The notes: a model not told the origin generated them from the sequence alone. A DNA stretch of 64,000 nt from an uncultured Actinomycetota bacterium (GCA_963718235.1 CAVQYR010000001.1:832001-896000); one strand, 5' to 3'; positions 1 through 9,333 are shown, numbered from the stretch's first letter. Numbers and translations are program-made.

Positions 1-992
1 GGCGCGAGCGGGGGGTGGTCACCGGCCTCGTGGTCAGCGACCTGAACGGGCTGAAGAAGGTCAACGACGCCGACGGGCACGACGCCGGTGACCGCCTGCT
101 CGTCGCCTTCGCCCGCCAGCTGGAGGGCGTGGCCGAGCAGTTCGGCGCCTCGCTCGTGGCCCGCCTGGGTGGCGACGAGTTCGCCCTGGGCTTCACGGGA
201 GTCGACGCGGACAGCATCGTGGTCGCCGCTGAGCTGCTCTGCGAGCGCGGCTGGGACACCCTGCCCGAGGGCGTGGCGTGCGGTGTCGCGGTGACCGGGG
301 GTGGCTCCGGACCGGTGGAGACCGCCTCGCGGCTCTTCCGGCTGGCCGACGCGAGCCAGTACCGGGCCAAGCGCACGAGCTCTCGCCGTCCGGTTGTGGC
401 CGGACGCGCCCTGCCGCCGGACGCGGTGGTCCCCCTGCACGTCGGCGACGAGCTCGGGCGGGACCGCCGGCTGGTGCGGACCGGGGGCCGTCGGGACGCC
501 GCGCACCTCATCGAGTCGGCGCTGCGGGCGCTGGACCAGGTCCGTGACGAGCCGGTCTGCTCGCGACTGACCCTGGTCGGGGACGTGGTCGCGCAGTCCG
601 TCGACGCCGTGGGGTGGTGGCTGTCGATCCAGGCGAGGAAGCGGTCCTCGATCCAGACCGTGGAGTTCGCCCTGTACCGACAGCTTCCCGGGCTCACCGA
701 GGAGGAGCTGCGGGCCGAGATCGGGGCCGTCTTCCCCGTGGAGAGCTACCCCCTGTCCGCGGTGGCCCTGGGCGGGCAGTCCTTCCTGGTCCGGGCGACC
801 GACCCCACCGCCGACGCCGGTGAGCTGGCCGTGCTCGACGGGCTGTGTGCCTCGGCCGTGGTGGGTGCGGGCGGTCCGGACGACGACGGCGACCGGTGGC
901 TCCTCGAGGTCTACACCGACGAGCTCAGCGGTTCGGTCCGCGACCTGCCGTCCCTGATGCGAGTGCTCGTGCTCGCGGCGCTGCACCCGTGA
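1..992 (+). CDS. Diguanylate cyclase (GGDEF) with C-terminal GAF-like domain; 5'-truncated by the window edge
   Basis: DLNGLKKVND..GHDAGD and ARLGGDEF motifs; frame is open back to nt 3; C-terminal region is homologous to those of the ORFs at 1061 and 5692. Confidence 0.9.
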   Translation, partial: RERGVVTGLVVSDLNGLKKVNDADGHDAGDRLLVAFARQLEGVAEQFGASLVARLGGDEFALGFTGVDADSIVVAAELLCERGWDTLPEGVACGVAVTGGGSGPVETASRLFRLADASQYRAKRTSSRRPVVAGRALPPDAVVPLHVGDELGRDRRLVRTGGRRDAAHLIESALRALDQVRDEPVCSRLTLVGDVVAQSVDAVGWWLSIQARKRSSIQTVEFALYRQLPGLTEEELRAEIGAVFPVESYPLSAVALGGQSFLVRATDPTADAGELAVLDGLCASAVVGAGGPDDDGDRWLLEVYTDELSGSVRDLPSLMRVLVLAALHP

Positions 993-1024
993 GCCCGGCC
1001 GCCGCGGCTCGGGCCGCCCTACAC

Positions 1025-1054
1025 CTCAAGCCGTCGGCCCGAACGCGCCGATAA
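1025..1054 (+). promoter_or_regulatory. Putative sigma-28 (FliA/WhiG-type) promoter
   Basis: CTCAAG-N16-GCCGATAA ending 6 nt before ATG 1061; the -10 element equals the sigma-28 consensus GCCGATAA. Confidence 0.7.
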
Positions 1055-1060
1055 GCGACC

Positions 1061-2725
1061 ATGGGGACCGGAGGGCGCACGTCGACGTCGAGCGACCAGC
1101 GCCCCGACGCGGCGCGTCGGGACGTGATGGCTGCCCGCTTCCGTGCCCTCGCCGCCGTCGCCCGGGTGTCCACGACCGCGACCGGCTCCACGCTGCTTCG
1201 GGAGGTGGCCCAGGCGGCGCGTGAGGCGTTGGACGGCGCCTCGGTGTCGCTGTCGCGCTGGGAGCCGGAGAGCGGGCTGTTGCGCTGCCTGATCAACGAG
1301 GGAGACCTCGGGCCGACCGAGGTCCCCGAACCCGTCGACGAGACCTACTCGATGCTCGACTACCGGAACATGGCGGTCCTGATCGAGGACCAGGCCGCGC
1401 TCGTCGCCTCGGTCGACCAGGACGACGGCGACGGTGGGTACGTCCGCATGCTCACCGAGCTGCACAAGGGCAGCTGCGCCGCCGCCCCGATCCCGCTCGA
1501 CGGTCGGGTCTGGGGTGAGCTGTTCGTGACCCGCACGCTGGACCAGGCGCCGTTCACCGACTCCGACGGGGACCTCGCGGTCGCTGTGGCCGCCCAGGTC
1601 GGCGCCGCCATCGCCACGGCCGAGCACCTCGTGCGGGTGGAGCGGCTGGCCAGGACCGACCCGCTGACCGGGCTGGCCAACCGGCGGGCCGTCGACGACC
1701 GGCTCGACGAGGCCTTCGTGGCCTGGGCGGTGGACCAGGCGCCGGTCAGCCTGATCGTGTGCGACCTCAACGGGCTGAAGCGGCTCAACGACGACCAGGG
1801 CCACGAGGCCGGGGACCGGGCGCTGGTCCGCTTCGCCGGGCTGCTCAGCGAGACCGCCGCGTCACTGCCCGGTGCTCTTGCGGCGCGGCTGGGCGGTGAC
1901 GAGTTCTGCATCGTCGTGGGCGGGCTGTCGGCCGACGAGGTCGTCGCGGCCGCGGACCACTTGTGCCGAGCCGTCCAGCGCTCGCCGTTGGAGGGCGTCT
2001 CGTGCGGTGTCGCGTCCACCGGTGACGACGTCGGCGAGGTGACCGAGCGAGGTCGGCTGTTCCGCCTGGCCGACGCTGCGCAGTACCGCGCCAAGCGCAG
2101 CCGCTCGTCGCGGCCGGTCGTCGCCGGGCGCACCCTTCCCCCCGAGGCGGCGGTCGGTCTGGCCGAGCACCCGCTGCACGAGCGGCGCAGCTACCGCGGC
2201 CGCTCGTCACTCGACGGCAGCCGGCTGCTCGACCTGGGCCTGTCGTCCATGGACGACATGAAGGACCAGTTGGTCCGCACCCGTCTGGCCGCGCTCGGGG
2301 ACCTCGTCGGCCACCAGGTCGACGCGCTCGGCTGGTGGCTCTCGGTCAGCCCCGAGGGAGCCGACTACGTCGAGACGGTGCAGTTCGCGCTGTACCGGGT
2401 GCAGACGCCGGTAGCGGTCGGTTCCGGCGACCTCGGGGCGGTGGGGGCCCGGTTCCCGCTGACCGACTACCCGTTGACCCGCGAGCTGCTGCGAGGGGGC
2501 GGCGCGTGCGTCCACATCAGTGACCCGGGGGCCGACCCCTGCGAGGTCACCGTGCTGGACGGGATGGGGGCGGTGGCGATGGCCATCGTGGGAGCGACCG
2601 ACAGCGGGGGGACCTCATGGTTGCTGGAGGTGTTCGCCGACGAGATGAGCAGCTCGCTGTCCGACGTCCTGGCGGCGGTGCGGGCCTTGGCGGTCGTGGC
2701 GGTCACCGAGGCGAGTGGCGACTGA
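1061..2725 (+). CDS. GAF-GGDEF-(GAF-like) diguanylate cyclase
   Basis: N-terminal GAF (AAPIPLDGRVWGELFVTR), TDPLTGLANRR, ARLGGDEF, followed by a C-terminal GAF-like domain of about 170 aa. Confidence 0.92.
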   Translation: MGTGGRTSTSSDQRPDAARRDVMAARFRALAAVARVSTTATGSTLLREVAQAAREALDGASVSLSRWEPESGLLRCLINEGDLGPTEVPEPVDETYSMLDYRNMAVLIEDQAALVASVDQDDGDGGYVRMLTELHKGSCAAAPIPLDGRVWGELFVTRTLDQAPFTDSDGDLAVAVAAQVGAAIATAEHLVRVERLARTDPLTGLANRRAVDDRLDEAFVAWAVDQAPVSLIVCDLNGLKRLNDDQGHEAGDRALVRFAGLLSETAASLPGALAARLGGDEFCIVVGGLSADEVVAAADHLCRAVQRSPLEGVSCGVASTGDDVGEVTERGRLFRLADAAQYRAKRSRSSRPVVAGRTLPPEAAVGLAEHPLHERRSYRGRSSLDGSRLLDLGLSSMDDMKDQLVRTRLAALGDLVGHQVDALGWWLSVSPEGADYVETVQFALYRVQTPVAVGSGDLGAVGARFPLTDYPLTRELLRGGGACVHISDPGADPCEVTVLDGMGAVAMAIVGATDSGGTSWLLEVFADEMSSSLSDVLAAVRALAVVAVTEASGD

Positions 2726-2759
2726 GCCACCACGCGGTCGGTCCGACTAGCGTGCCCCC

Positions 2760-4226
2760 ATGGGCGGTGACGAGACCGTGATGCACCCACGGCTGACGGT
2801 GCGCGAGCGGCTGGCCCTGCTCGTCGATGCCGACACCTTCGTCGAGGACGGTGAGCTGGCCCACGCCCTCGAGCCGGGCTACCCGGCCGACGGTGTGGTC
2901 ACCGGGCGCGGGCTCGTCGACGGGCGTCCCGCCGTGGTCATCGCCAACGACCCGGCAGTGAAGGCGGGATCCTGGGGGGCCCGCACGGTGGAGAAGATGG
3001 TCCGGGCGACCGAGGGTGCGCTGCGTGACGAGCTCCCGGTGTTCTGGCTGATCGACTCCGCGGGGGCCCGGATCACCGACCAGGTCGCTATGTTCCCGGG
3101 ACGTCGGGGTGCCGGACGCATCTTCCACAACCAGGTGGCCCTGTCGGGCAAGGTGCCCCAGCTGTGCTGCCTCTTCGGTCCCAGCGCTGCGGGTGGTGCC
3201 TACATCCCCAGCTTCTGCGACTTCGTCGTCATGGTCGAGGACCGTGCCTCGATGTACCTGGGGAGTCCGCGGATGGCCGAGATGGTGATCGGAGAGACGG
3301 TCACCCTCCAGGAGATGGGCGGAGCCCGGATGCACGCCACGGTCAGCGGCTGCGGGGACAACCTCGCGGTCGACGACGAGGACGCGATCGAGCAGGCCCG
3401 ACTGGTGTTCTCCTACCTGCCGACGTGCTGGCGGGAGGACCCGCCGGACGCGCGGCCCGACCCGGCCGCGCGGGCGTTCGACGCGTCGATCGTCCCCCAC
3501 CGCGAGTCCCAGCCGTTCGACGTCCACGACGCCGTCGACGCGCTGGTCGACGCCGACAGCTTCTTCGAGGTCAAGCCGTTGTTCGCCGCCGAGCTCGTGA
3601 CCGGGTTCGCCCGGATCGAGGGCCAGGTGGTCGGGCTCGTGGCCAACAACAGCGCACAGAAGGGGGGCGTGCTGTTCGTCGACAGTGCCGACAAGGCCAC
3701 GCGGTTCATCACCTGGTGCGACGCCCTCAACGTGCCGTTGGTCTACCTGGCCGACGTTCCGGGATTCATGATCGGTCAGGAGGTCGAGCGGCAGGGCATC
3801 ATCCGGCACGGCGCCAAGATGGTCAGCGCCGTGGCCGAGGCGACGGTGCCGCAGGTCTGTGTGGTGCTCCGTAAGGCCTACGGCGCCGGTCTGTACGCGA
3901 TGGGTGGGCCCGGCTTCGGGCCGGACGCGACCCTCGCCCTGCCGACGGCTGTGATCGCCGTGATGGGGCCTGACGCCGCCGTCAACGCCGTCTACGCGAA
4001 GCGGATCGCGGCGATCGACGACGACGCGGAGCGGCAGGAGTTCATCGCGCAGCGGCGCACCGAGTACGTCGCTGACGTCGACCTGCTCCGGCTGGCCTCC
4101 GACCTGGTCGTCGACGCCGTCGTGCAGCCGGAGGCGCTGCGCCGTGAGGTGTCCCTGCGACTGGCCTACGCAGCCGGTCGATCCAGGCACTTCGCCGACA
4201 AGCGGCACGGGGTGCCGCCGGTATGA
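2760..4226 (+). CDS. Acyl-CoA carboxylase carboxyltransferase (beta) subunit
   Basis: DSAGARI, SAAGGAY, DVPGFMIG, RKAYGAG motifs; TAGCGT -10 hexamer 6 nt before the ATG supports a leaderless start at 2760. Confidence 0.93.
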   Translation: MGGDETVMHPRLTVRERLALLVDADTFVEDGELAHALEPGYPADGVVTGRGLVDGRPAVVIANDPAVKAGSWGARTVEKMVRATEGALRDELPVFWLIDSAGARITDQVAMFPGRRGAGRIFHNQVALSGKVPQLCCLFGPSAAGGAYIPSFCDFVVMVEDRASMYLGSPRMAEMVIGETVTLQEMGGARMHATVSGCGDNLAVDDEDAIEQARLVFSYLPTCWREDPPDARPDPAARAFDASIVPHRESQPFDVHDAVDALVDADSFFEVKPLFAAELVTGFARIEGQVVGLVANNSAQKGGVLFVDSADKATRFITWCDALNVPLVYLADVPGFMIGQEVERQGIIRHGAKMVSAVAEATVPQVCVVLRKAYGAGLYAMGGPGFGPDATLALPTAVIAVMGPDAAVNAVYAKRIAAIDDDAERQEFIAQRRTEYVADVDLLRLASDLVVDAVVQPEALRREVSLRLAYAAGRSRHFADKRHGVPPV

Positions 4227-4405
4227 CCGGGCCACGAGCGCTCGAGGTGGTGCGCGGCCAGGCCTCGGCCGACGACGTCAGCGCCTTGCACTCGGTGCTG
4301 CTCGCGACAGCGCCCTCGACCGACCCGTTGACCGCGTGGCGGGCTCGGCGTCGCGCCGCGCTGCGGGCCCACCCCGAGGCGCCGCCGGACCCGGGTCGCC
4401 GGTGA
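4223..4405 (+). CDS. Acyl-CoA carboxylase epsilon subunit (AccE/PccE-like)
   Basis: 60-aa ORF with VVRGxASADDVSAL..L and W..RRR, ATGA-coupled to the beta subunit, which is the usual position. Confidence 0.75.
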   Translation: MTGPRALEVVRGQASADDVSALHSVLLATAPSTDPLTAWRARRRAALRAHPEAPPDPGRR

Positions 4406-5163
4406 CCGACCAGGGGCTCGTAGGCGCCTCGTCGATGTGGACCTGTGTCGAGGAGGTGCCGACGACCGGCTCGACCAACGCCGACGTGAGGGCCCGGGCG
4501 GTGGACGGGGCCGACGAGGGCCTGGTCGTGTCCGCGGAGGAGCAGACCGCGGGTCGTGGACGCCTGGGGCGCCGCTGGACGGCGCCGGCCCGCAGCGGGC
4601 TGGCCGTCTCGGTGCTGCTGCGCCCCACCACCCGGCCGGCCGCGGAGTGGGGCTGGGTCCCCCTGCTGGTCGGGCTGGCGGCGGCCGACGCCGTGGCGTC
4701 GGTCTCGGGTCTCACGGTCGGGCTGAAGTGGCCCAACGACGTGTTGGTCGGCGAGCGCAAGGCCGGCGGAGTCCTGGTCGAGCGGGTCGAGACGGGCCGC
4801 GGCCCGGCCGCGGTCGCCGGCTTCGGGCTCAACGTCACGCTGCCGGAGTCGCAGCTGCCTGTGCCGACGGCCACCTCCTTGCTCGCCGAGGGGGCGACGG
4901 TCGACCGGCGCTCGCTGCTGCGCTCCTACCTCGCCGCGCTGGAGCTGCGCTACCGGGACTGGAGTGCTGGTGGCTCGGCTCGGGAGGAGTACCGACGTCA
5001 CTGCGTCACGCTCGGACGCAAGGTCCTGGTGCTGCTCCCGGGCGCCGCGGCGGACGTGGCCGGTGTGGCCGAGGACGTAGACGCGTCGGGTCGGCTGGTG
5101 GTCGCAGCGGCCACCGGAGCGCGGGTGGCGCTGTCGTCCGGCGAGGTGCAGCACGTCCGCTGA
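4402..5163 (+). CDS. birA: Biotin--[acetyl-CoA-carboxylase] ligase
   Basis: GSTN, QTAGRGRLGRRW, LKWPND, RKAGGVL motifs; GTG overlaps the upstream TGA. Confidence 0.93.
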   Translation: MTDQGLVGASSMWTCVEEVPTTGSTNADVRARAVDGADEGLVVSAEEQTAGRGRLGRRWTAPARSGLAVSVLLRPTTRPAAEWGWVPLLVGLAAADAVASVSGLTVGLKWPNDVLVGERKAGGVLVERVETGRGPAAVAGFGLNVTLPESQLPVPTATSLLAEGATVDRRSLLRSYLAALELRYRDWSAGGSAREEYRRHCVTLGRKVLVLLPGAAADVAGVAEDVDASGRLVVAAATGARVALSSGEVQHVR

Positions 5164-5185
5164 CACCGCATGGAACGATGCAGCC

Positions 5186-5701
5186 GTGCCCTACCCGCAG
5201 AAGCTGCTCACCGAAGGTGAGCGGATCGAACGCGAGATGAGACCGCACTGGCGGATCCTGGTGATCCCGGTGACCGTGCTGTTCGTGGTGGTCTTCGTCA
5301 GCATGTACTCGATCTCCCGCTGGGCCGATGGAAAGCCGTGGCTGGGCTGGGCGATCGTCGCGGTCTCGCTCACCGTCCTCGTGGCCTGGGTCGTCGCCCC
5401 GGTCCTTCGCTGGGCGACCGCGCAGTACGTCCTGACCAACCGACGGATCATCGTGCGCAACGGGATCGTCGCGCGCCAGGGACGGGACATGCCCCTGGCG
5501 CGCGTCAATGACGTGCACTTCCGCTACACGGTGCTGGAGCGGATGCTCGGGTGCGGCACGCTGGTCGTGGAGTCGGCGGGTGAGAGCGGCCAGCTGGTGA
5601 TCGCTGCCGTCCCGCACGTCGAGCTGGTGCAGCGGGAGGTCTTCCGGCTGCACGAGCGCGACGACGAGCGGCGTCGCCGTGACGGGCGGACGTGGGAGTG
5701 A
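5186..5701 (+). CDS. Membrane protein with bacterial PH domain (bPH_2-like)
   Basis: Two TM segments followed by YVLTNRRI..RxG, PLARVNDV, ERMLGCGTL; typical neighbour of birA in Actinomycetota. Confidence 0.82.
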   Translation: MPYPQKLLTEGERIEREMRPHWRILVIPVTVLFVVVFVSMYSISRWADGKPWLGWAIVAVSLTVLVAWVVAPVLRWATAQYVLTNRRIIVRNGIVARQGRDMPLARVNDVHFRYTVLERMLGCGTLVVESAGESGQLVIAAVPHVELVQREVFRLHERDDERRRRDGRTWE

Positions 5702-7386
5702 CGGGCTCCCGGCAACAAGAGAGGCAACAAGGGGGGCAACAAGGGGGGCAACCCGGGGGGCAACAAGGGGGGCAACCCGGGGGGCACGACGAAGCAGTCG
5801 CGCGACTGGCCGCCCTGACCGACACGATCCGCGCGGTGGCCGACGCCCGTGGCAGCGACGACGTCCTGCTGGCGGCGGCGAGGGCGGCCCGGCTCGCCCT
5901 CGGCGGCGCCTCCGTGTCGGTCTCGCGGTGGGAGCGCGACCATGGACACGTCCGGACCGTCGTGAACGAGGGCGAGCGGGCGGAGTGGGAGCAGGAGCGC
6001 CCCGCCGATGAGGTGTACTCGGTGCGCAACGACCCCTCGATCGAGCGCCTGGTCACCGAGGGCGTCGGGTACCTGGCCCACGTGGGCACCGGCCGGGCCC
6101 CGCAGGTCGAGGCGCTGCTTGCCGGGTCCGGCAAGGCGAGCGCCGTGGACGTCCCCCTCTGGGTCGACGGCTCGGTGTGGGGGGACCTGTGGATCACCCG
6201 GACTGAGGAGCAGCCGCCGTTCACCCACTCAGACCTGGACTTCGCCCAGCTCCTGGCTGGGCAGATGGCCGCGGCCATCGCGGCGAGCCGCCGCTTCGCG
6301 CAGGTCGCCCAGCTCGCCTACACCGACGCGCTGACGGGCCTGGCGAACCGGCGCGCCGTGGACGAGCGGCTCGACGAGGTCGTCGCCGGACATCTGGACG
6401 ACGACCGGGTGGCGAGCCTCGTCGTGTGCGACGTCAACGGGCTCAAGCGGACCAACGACGAGCACGGGCACGACGCGGGGGATCGACTCCTCGTCCGGTT
6501 CGCCGGGCTGGTGAGCGCCGCTGCGGCGCTCGTCCCCGGAAGCCTTGCCGGTCGCCTCGGCGGCGACGAGTTCTGCATCGTGCTCGGCGGTGGCGACGCC
6601 GACGACGCGGTGGCCGTGGCGACCGACCTGTGTCGCAAGGCCGACCATGTCGTCCCCGACGGGATCGCCTGCGGCGTGGCGTCGACCCGCGACGACGTGG
6701 GGCCGGTCGACTCGGTCGGGAGGCTCTTCCGGCTGGCCGACGCCGCCCAGTACCGCGCCAAGCGCAGCGGGTCCCGCCGTCCGGTCGTCGCCGGGCGGAC
6801 GCTGCCGGTCGAGGCGACCCTGCGGGCCAGGTCCAGGTCCGGCCCGACCGACCGCCGCCGGGTCCGGGGCCGCGGGGCCACGGACCCGGCCCGGCTGCTC
6901 GGCGCGGGCGTCTCGGCCCTGGACGAGGCGACCGGGCGCCCGGCCCGGCAGCGGGTGGAGGTCGTGGCCGAGGCCGTGGCGCTGCAGGTCGAGGCGGCCG
7001 GCTGGTGGGTGTCCCGCAGCGACCCGGCGACCCGGGTGGTGCGAACCGTCAGCTACGCCCAGTACCGGTCGACGCTCCCCGAGGCGTCGCCGTTCGGCGC
7101 GGCCGGTGAGCTCGATGTCGAGTTCTCCCGCGACGACTATCCGCTGACCGACGCCGCCCTCTCCGGTGGCGCGTTCCTGGTCGAGGTCGACGACCCGTAC
7201 GCCGACCCGGCCGAGGTCGCCCTGGTCGACGGGTTCGGCTGCACCGCCCTGCTGTTCGCCGGAGGGGTCGACCCGGAGGGGACCGGCTGGCTCGTGGAGA
7301 TCTACGGCGACGAGCTGAGCCAGCCGATGCGCGACCAGTCACTCGTCCTGCGCGCGCTCGTCGCGCTCGCGCTCGCACCCCGGTGA
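5692..7386 (+). CDS. GAF-GGDEF-(GAF-like) diguanylate cyclase with N-terminal QQGG repeats
   Basis: GAF, YTDALTGLANRR, GRLGGDEF; full-length paralogue of the 1061 ORF; exact start (5692 or 5698) uncertain. Confidence 0.9.
   Translation: MGVTGSRQQERQQGGQQGGQPGGQQGGQPGGHDEAVARLAALTDTIRAVADARGSDDVLLAAARAARLALGGASVSVSRWERDHGHVRTVVNEGERAEWEQERPADEVYSVRNDPSIERLVTEGVGYLAHVGTGRAPQVEALLAGSGKASAVDVPLWVDGSVWGDLWITRTEEQPPFTHSDLDFAQLLAGQMAAAIAASRRFAQVAQLAYTDALTGLANRRAVDERLDEVVAGHLDDDRVASLVVCDVNGLKRTNDEHGHDAGDRLLVRFAGLVSAAAALVPGSLAGRLGGDEFCIVLGGGDADDAVAVATDLCRKADHVVPDGIACGVASTRDDVGPVDSVGRLFRLADAAQYRAKRSGSRRPVVAGRTLPVEATLRARSRSGPTDRRRVRGRGATDPARLLGAGVSALDEATGRPARQRVEVVAEAVALQVEAAGWWVSRSDPATRVVRTVSYAQYRSTLPEASPFGAAGELDVEFSRDDYPLTDAALSGGAFLVEVDDPYADPAEVALVDGFGCTALLFAGGVDPEGTGWLVEIYGDELSQPMRDQSLVLRALVALALAPR
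5711..5782 (+). repeat. 12-bp tandem repeat (GGCAACAAGGGG / GGCAACCCGGGG variants) x6
   Basis: Six in-frame units read directly; they encode QQER-QQGG-QQGG-QPGG-QQGG-QPGG. Confidence 0.95.
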
Positions 7387-7409
7387 GCGCCGCGTCCTAC
7401 CATCGAGCC

Positions 7410-8084
7410 GTGCCCCAGGTACTGCTCGTCGAGGACGACGCCGCGATCGCCGAACCGCTGGCTCGGGCGCTGCGCCGCGAGGGCTACGACGTCGAAGTCG
7501 CCGGTACCGGACCGGTGGCCCTCGAGTGCGCGTCGACCGGGCAGACGGACCTGATGGTGCTCGACCTCGGGCTCCCCGAGATGGACGGGCTCGAGGTCTG
7601 TCGGCGGCTGCGGGCGCTGGGGAGCGACCTGCCGGTCCTGGTCCTGACGGCACGCACCGAGGAGCTGGACGCAGTGGTGGGGCTGGACGCGGGTGCCGAC
7701 GACTACGTCACCAAGCCGTTTCGGCTCAGCGAGCTGCTCGCCCGGGTCCGGGCCCTGCTGCGCCGCGGACTCGCCCCGGCCGACCACCTCGCGGTCCAGG
7801 ACGTCAGGATCGAGCGGTCGGCGCGACGCGCGTGGGTCGGGCAGGACGAGCTTGCGCTCACGAACAAGGAGTTCGACGTGCTCGCCGCCCTCGCCAGTCG
7901 GGCCGGTTCGGTCCTGACGCGTGAGGCACTGATGTGCGAGGTGTGGCAGACCGGCTGGGTGGGATCGACGAAGACGCTGGACATGCACGTCTCCTCGCTG
8001 CGCCGCAAGCTCGGGGACGACGTCACGGCTCCGCACTACATCAGCACGGTCCGCGGCGTCGGCTACCGGTTCGAGCAGGACTGA
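7410..8084 (+). CDS. OmpR-family response regulator (DraR-like position next to purK)
   Basis: LLVEDD, VLDLGLP, GADDYVTKPF, TVRGVGYRF; TACCAT 6 nt before GTG 7410. Confidence 0.93.
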   Translation: MPQVLLVEDDAAIAEPLARALRREGYDVEVAGTGPVALECASTGQTDLMVLDLGLPEMDGLEVCRRLRALGSDLPVLVLTARTEELDAVVGLDAGADDYVTKPFRLSELLARVRALLRRGLAPADHLAVQDVRIERSARRAWVGQDELALTNKEFDVLAALASRAGSVLTREALMCEVWQTGWVGSTKTLDMHVSSLRRKLGDDVTAPHYISTVRGVGYRFEQD

Positions 8085-8085
8085 C

Positions 8086-9333
8086 GTGCGGCGGCGCTAC
8101 CTGCGCTCCACCCTGCTGATCGTGCTGGTGGGCATGTCGTTGCTCGCCGTGGTGATGGCGGTGGCGAGCAGCCGGGGGATCCGCGGTGAGGCCGAGGACC
8201 GGCTCGCCGCCGAGGCCGACCGGATCGCGACGACGGTCGGCACCCGGGTGGCCGCCGGGCTGCCGGTCGACCCCGACTTCGTCGACGAGCTGGTTCCTGC
8301 CGACCGATGGGTGCGTGTCACACTGACCGCCGGCCAGATGGTCGAAGCCGGTGAGCCGGTCGGTGCCGACGCGTTGTCGGCACGGGCGGCGGTGTCTCCG
8401 GCCGGTACCGGCTGGGTGTCCGTGCTGGAGAGCCCGGACCGGGTGCGCCAGAGCCAGCTGGTCTCGGCCCTGTCGATCCTGGCGATCGTGCTGGGCGTCG
8501 GTCTGCTGGCCACCGTCCTGGCGGTTCGCGAGTCGCGCCGACTGACCCGTCCGCTGGCCGACCTGGCCGACCGGGCCGCGCGGCTGGGGTCGGGGGACCT
8601 GCGGCCCAGCGGCCAGCGGTTCGGGGTGCCCGAGCTCGACCGGGTGGCCGAGGCGCTGGACGACAGTGCCGTCGAGCTGGGCGTCGCCGCCGAGGAGTCG
8701 CGCGCCCGGGTCGTCGACGCCTCCCACCAGCTGCGCACCCCGTTGACCGCGCTGTCGATCCGGCTGGAGGAGATCGGCCAGGCGCGTGACCTCGCTGCGA
8801 TCCAGGTCGAGGCGGGCGCGGCCCTCGAGCAGGTCGAGCGCCTGACCGGGGTCGTCGACGCGATGCTCGTCGCGTCCGGAGGCTCCGGCCGGGCCCGGCC
8901 GGAGACCGCCCTGGCGACCGTCCTGCGTCAGCAGGTGGGCGAGTGGTCGCCGTCCTACGCCGCGGTCGGTCGGGTACTGACCGCCGAGGGCCGCAGCGGT
9001 CTGGTCGTCCAGGGGTCACCCGGGGCGGTGAGCCAGATCCTGGCGACCCTGGTGGAGAACTCGCTGCTGCACGGGGCCGGGACCACGCGTCTCGTCGTGC
9101 GGCAGGCCGAGGGCGCGGTGGTGGTCGAGGTCGGTGACCAGGGGGACGGTGTGTCCGCCGCGTTGGCGCCGCACGTCTTCGAGCGATCGATCAGTGGTGG
9201 CGGCGGTAGCGGGGTGGGGCTGGCCGTCGCGCGGGCCATGGCGGAGTCGGTCGGAGGCCGGTTGGAGCTGACGACGCGCTCACCCGCCACGTTCTCGTTG
9301 TTCCTCCGACCGGTCAGCGGTTCCGTCCGCTGA
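8086..9333 (+). CDS. Membrane sensor histidine kinase (HAMP, HisKA, HATPase)
   Basis: Two TMs, SHQLRTPL H-box, LVENSLLHG N-box, DQGDG, GSGVGLA. Confidence 0.9.
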   Translation: MRRRYLRSTLLIVLVGMSLLAVVMAVASSRGIRGEAEDRLAAEADRIATTVGTRVAAGLPVDPDFVDELVPADRWVRVTLTAGQMVEAGEPVGADALSARAAVSPAGTGWVSVLESPDRVRQSQLVSALSILAIVLGVGLLATVLAVRESRRLTRPLADLADRAARLGSGDLRPSGQRFGVPELDRVAEALDDSAVELGVAAEESRARVVDASHQLRTPLTALSIRLEEIGQARDLAAIQVEAGAALEQVERLTGVVDAMLVASGGSGRARPETALATVLRQQVGEWSPSYAAVGRVLTAEGRSGLVVQGSPGAVSQILATLVENSLLHGAGTTRLVVRQAEGAVVVEVGDQGDGVSAALAPHVFERSISGGGGSGVGLAVARAMAESVGGRLELTTRSPATFSLFLRPVSGSVR

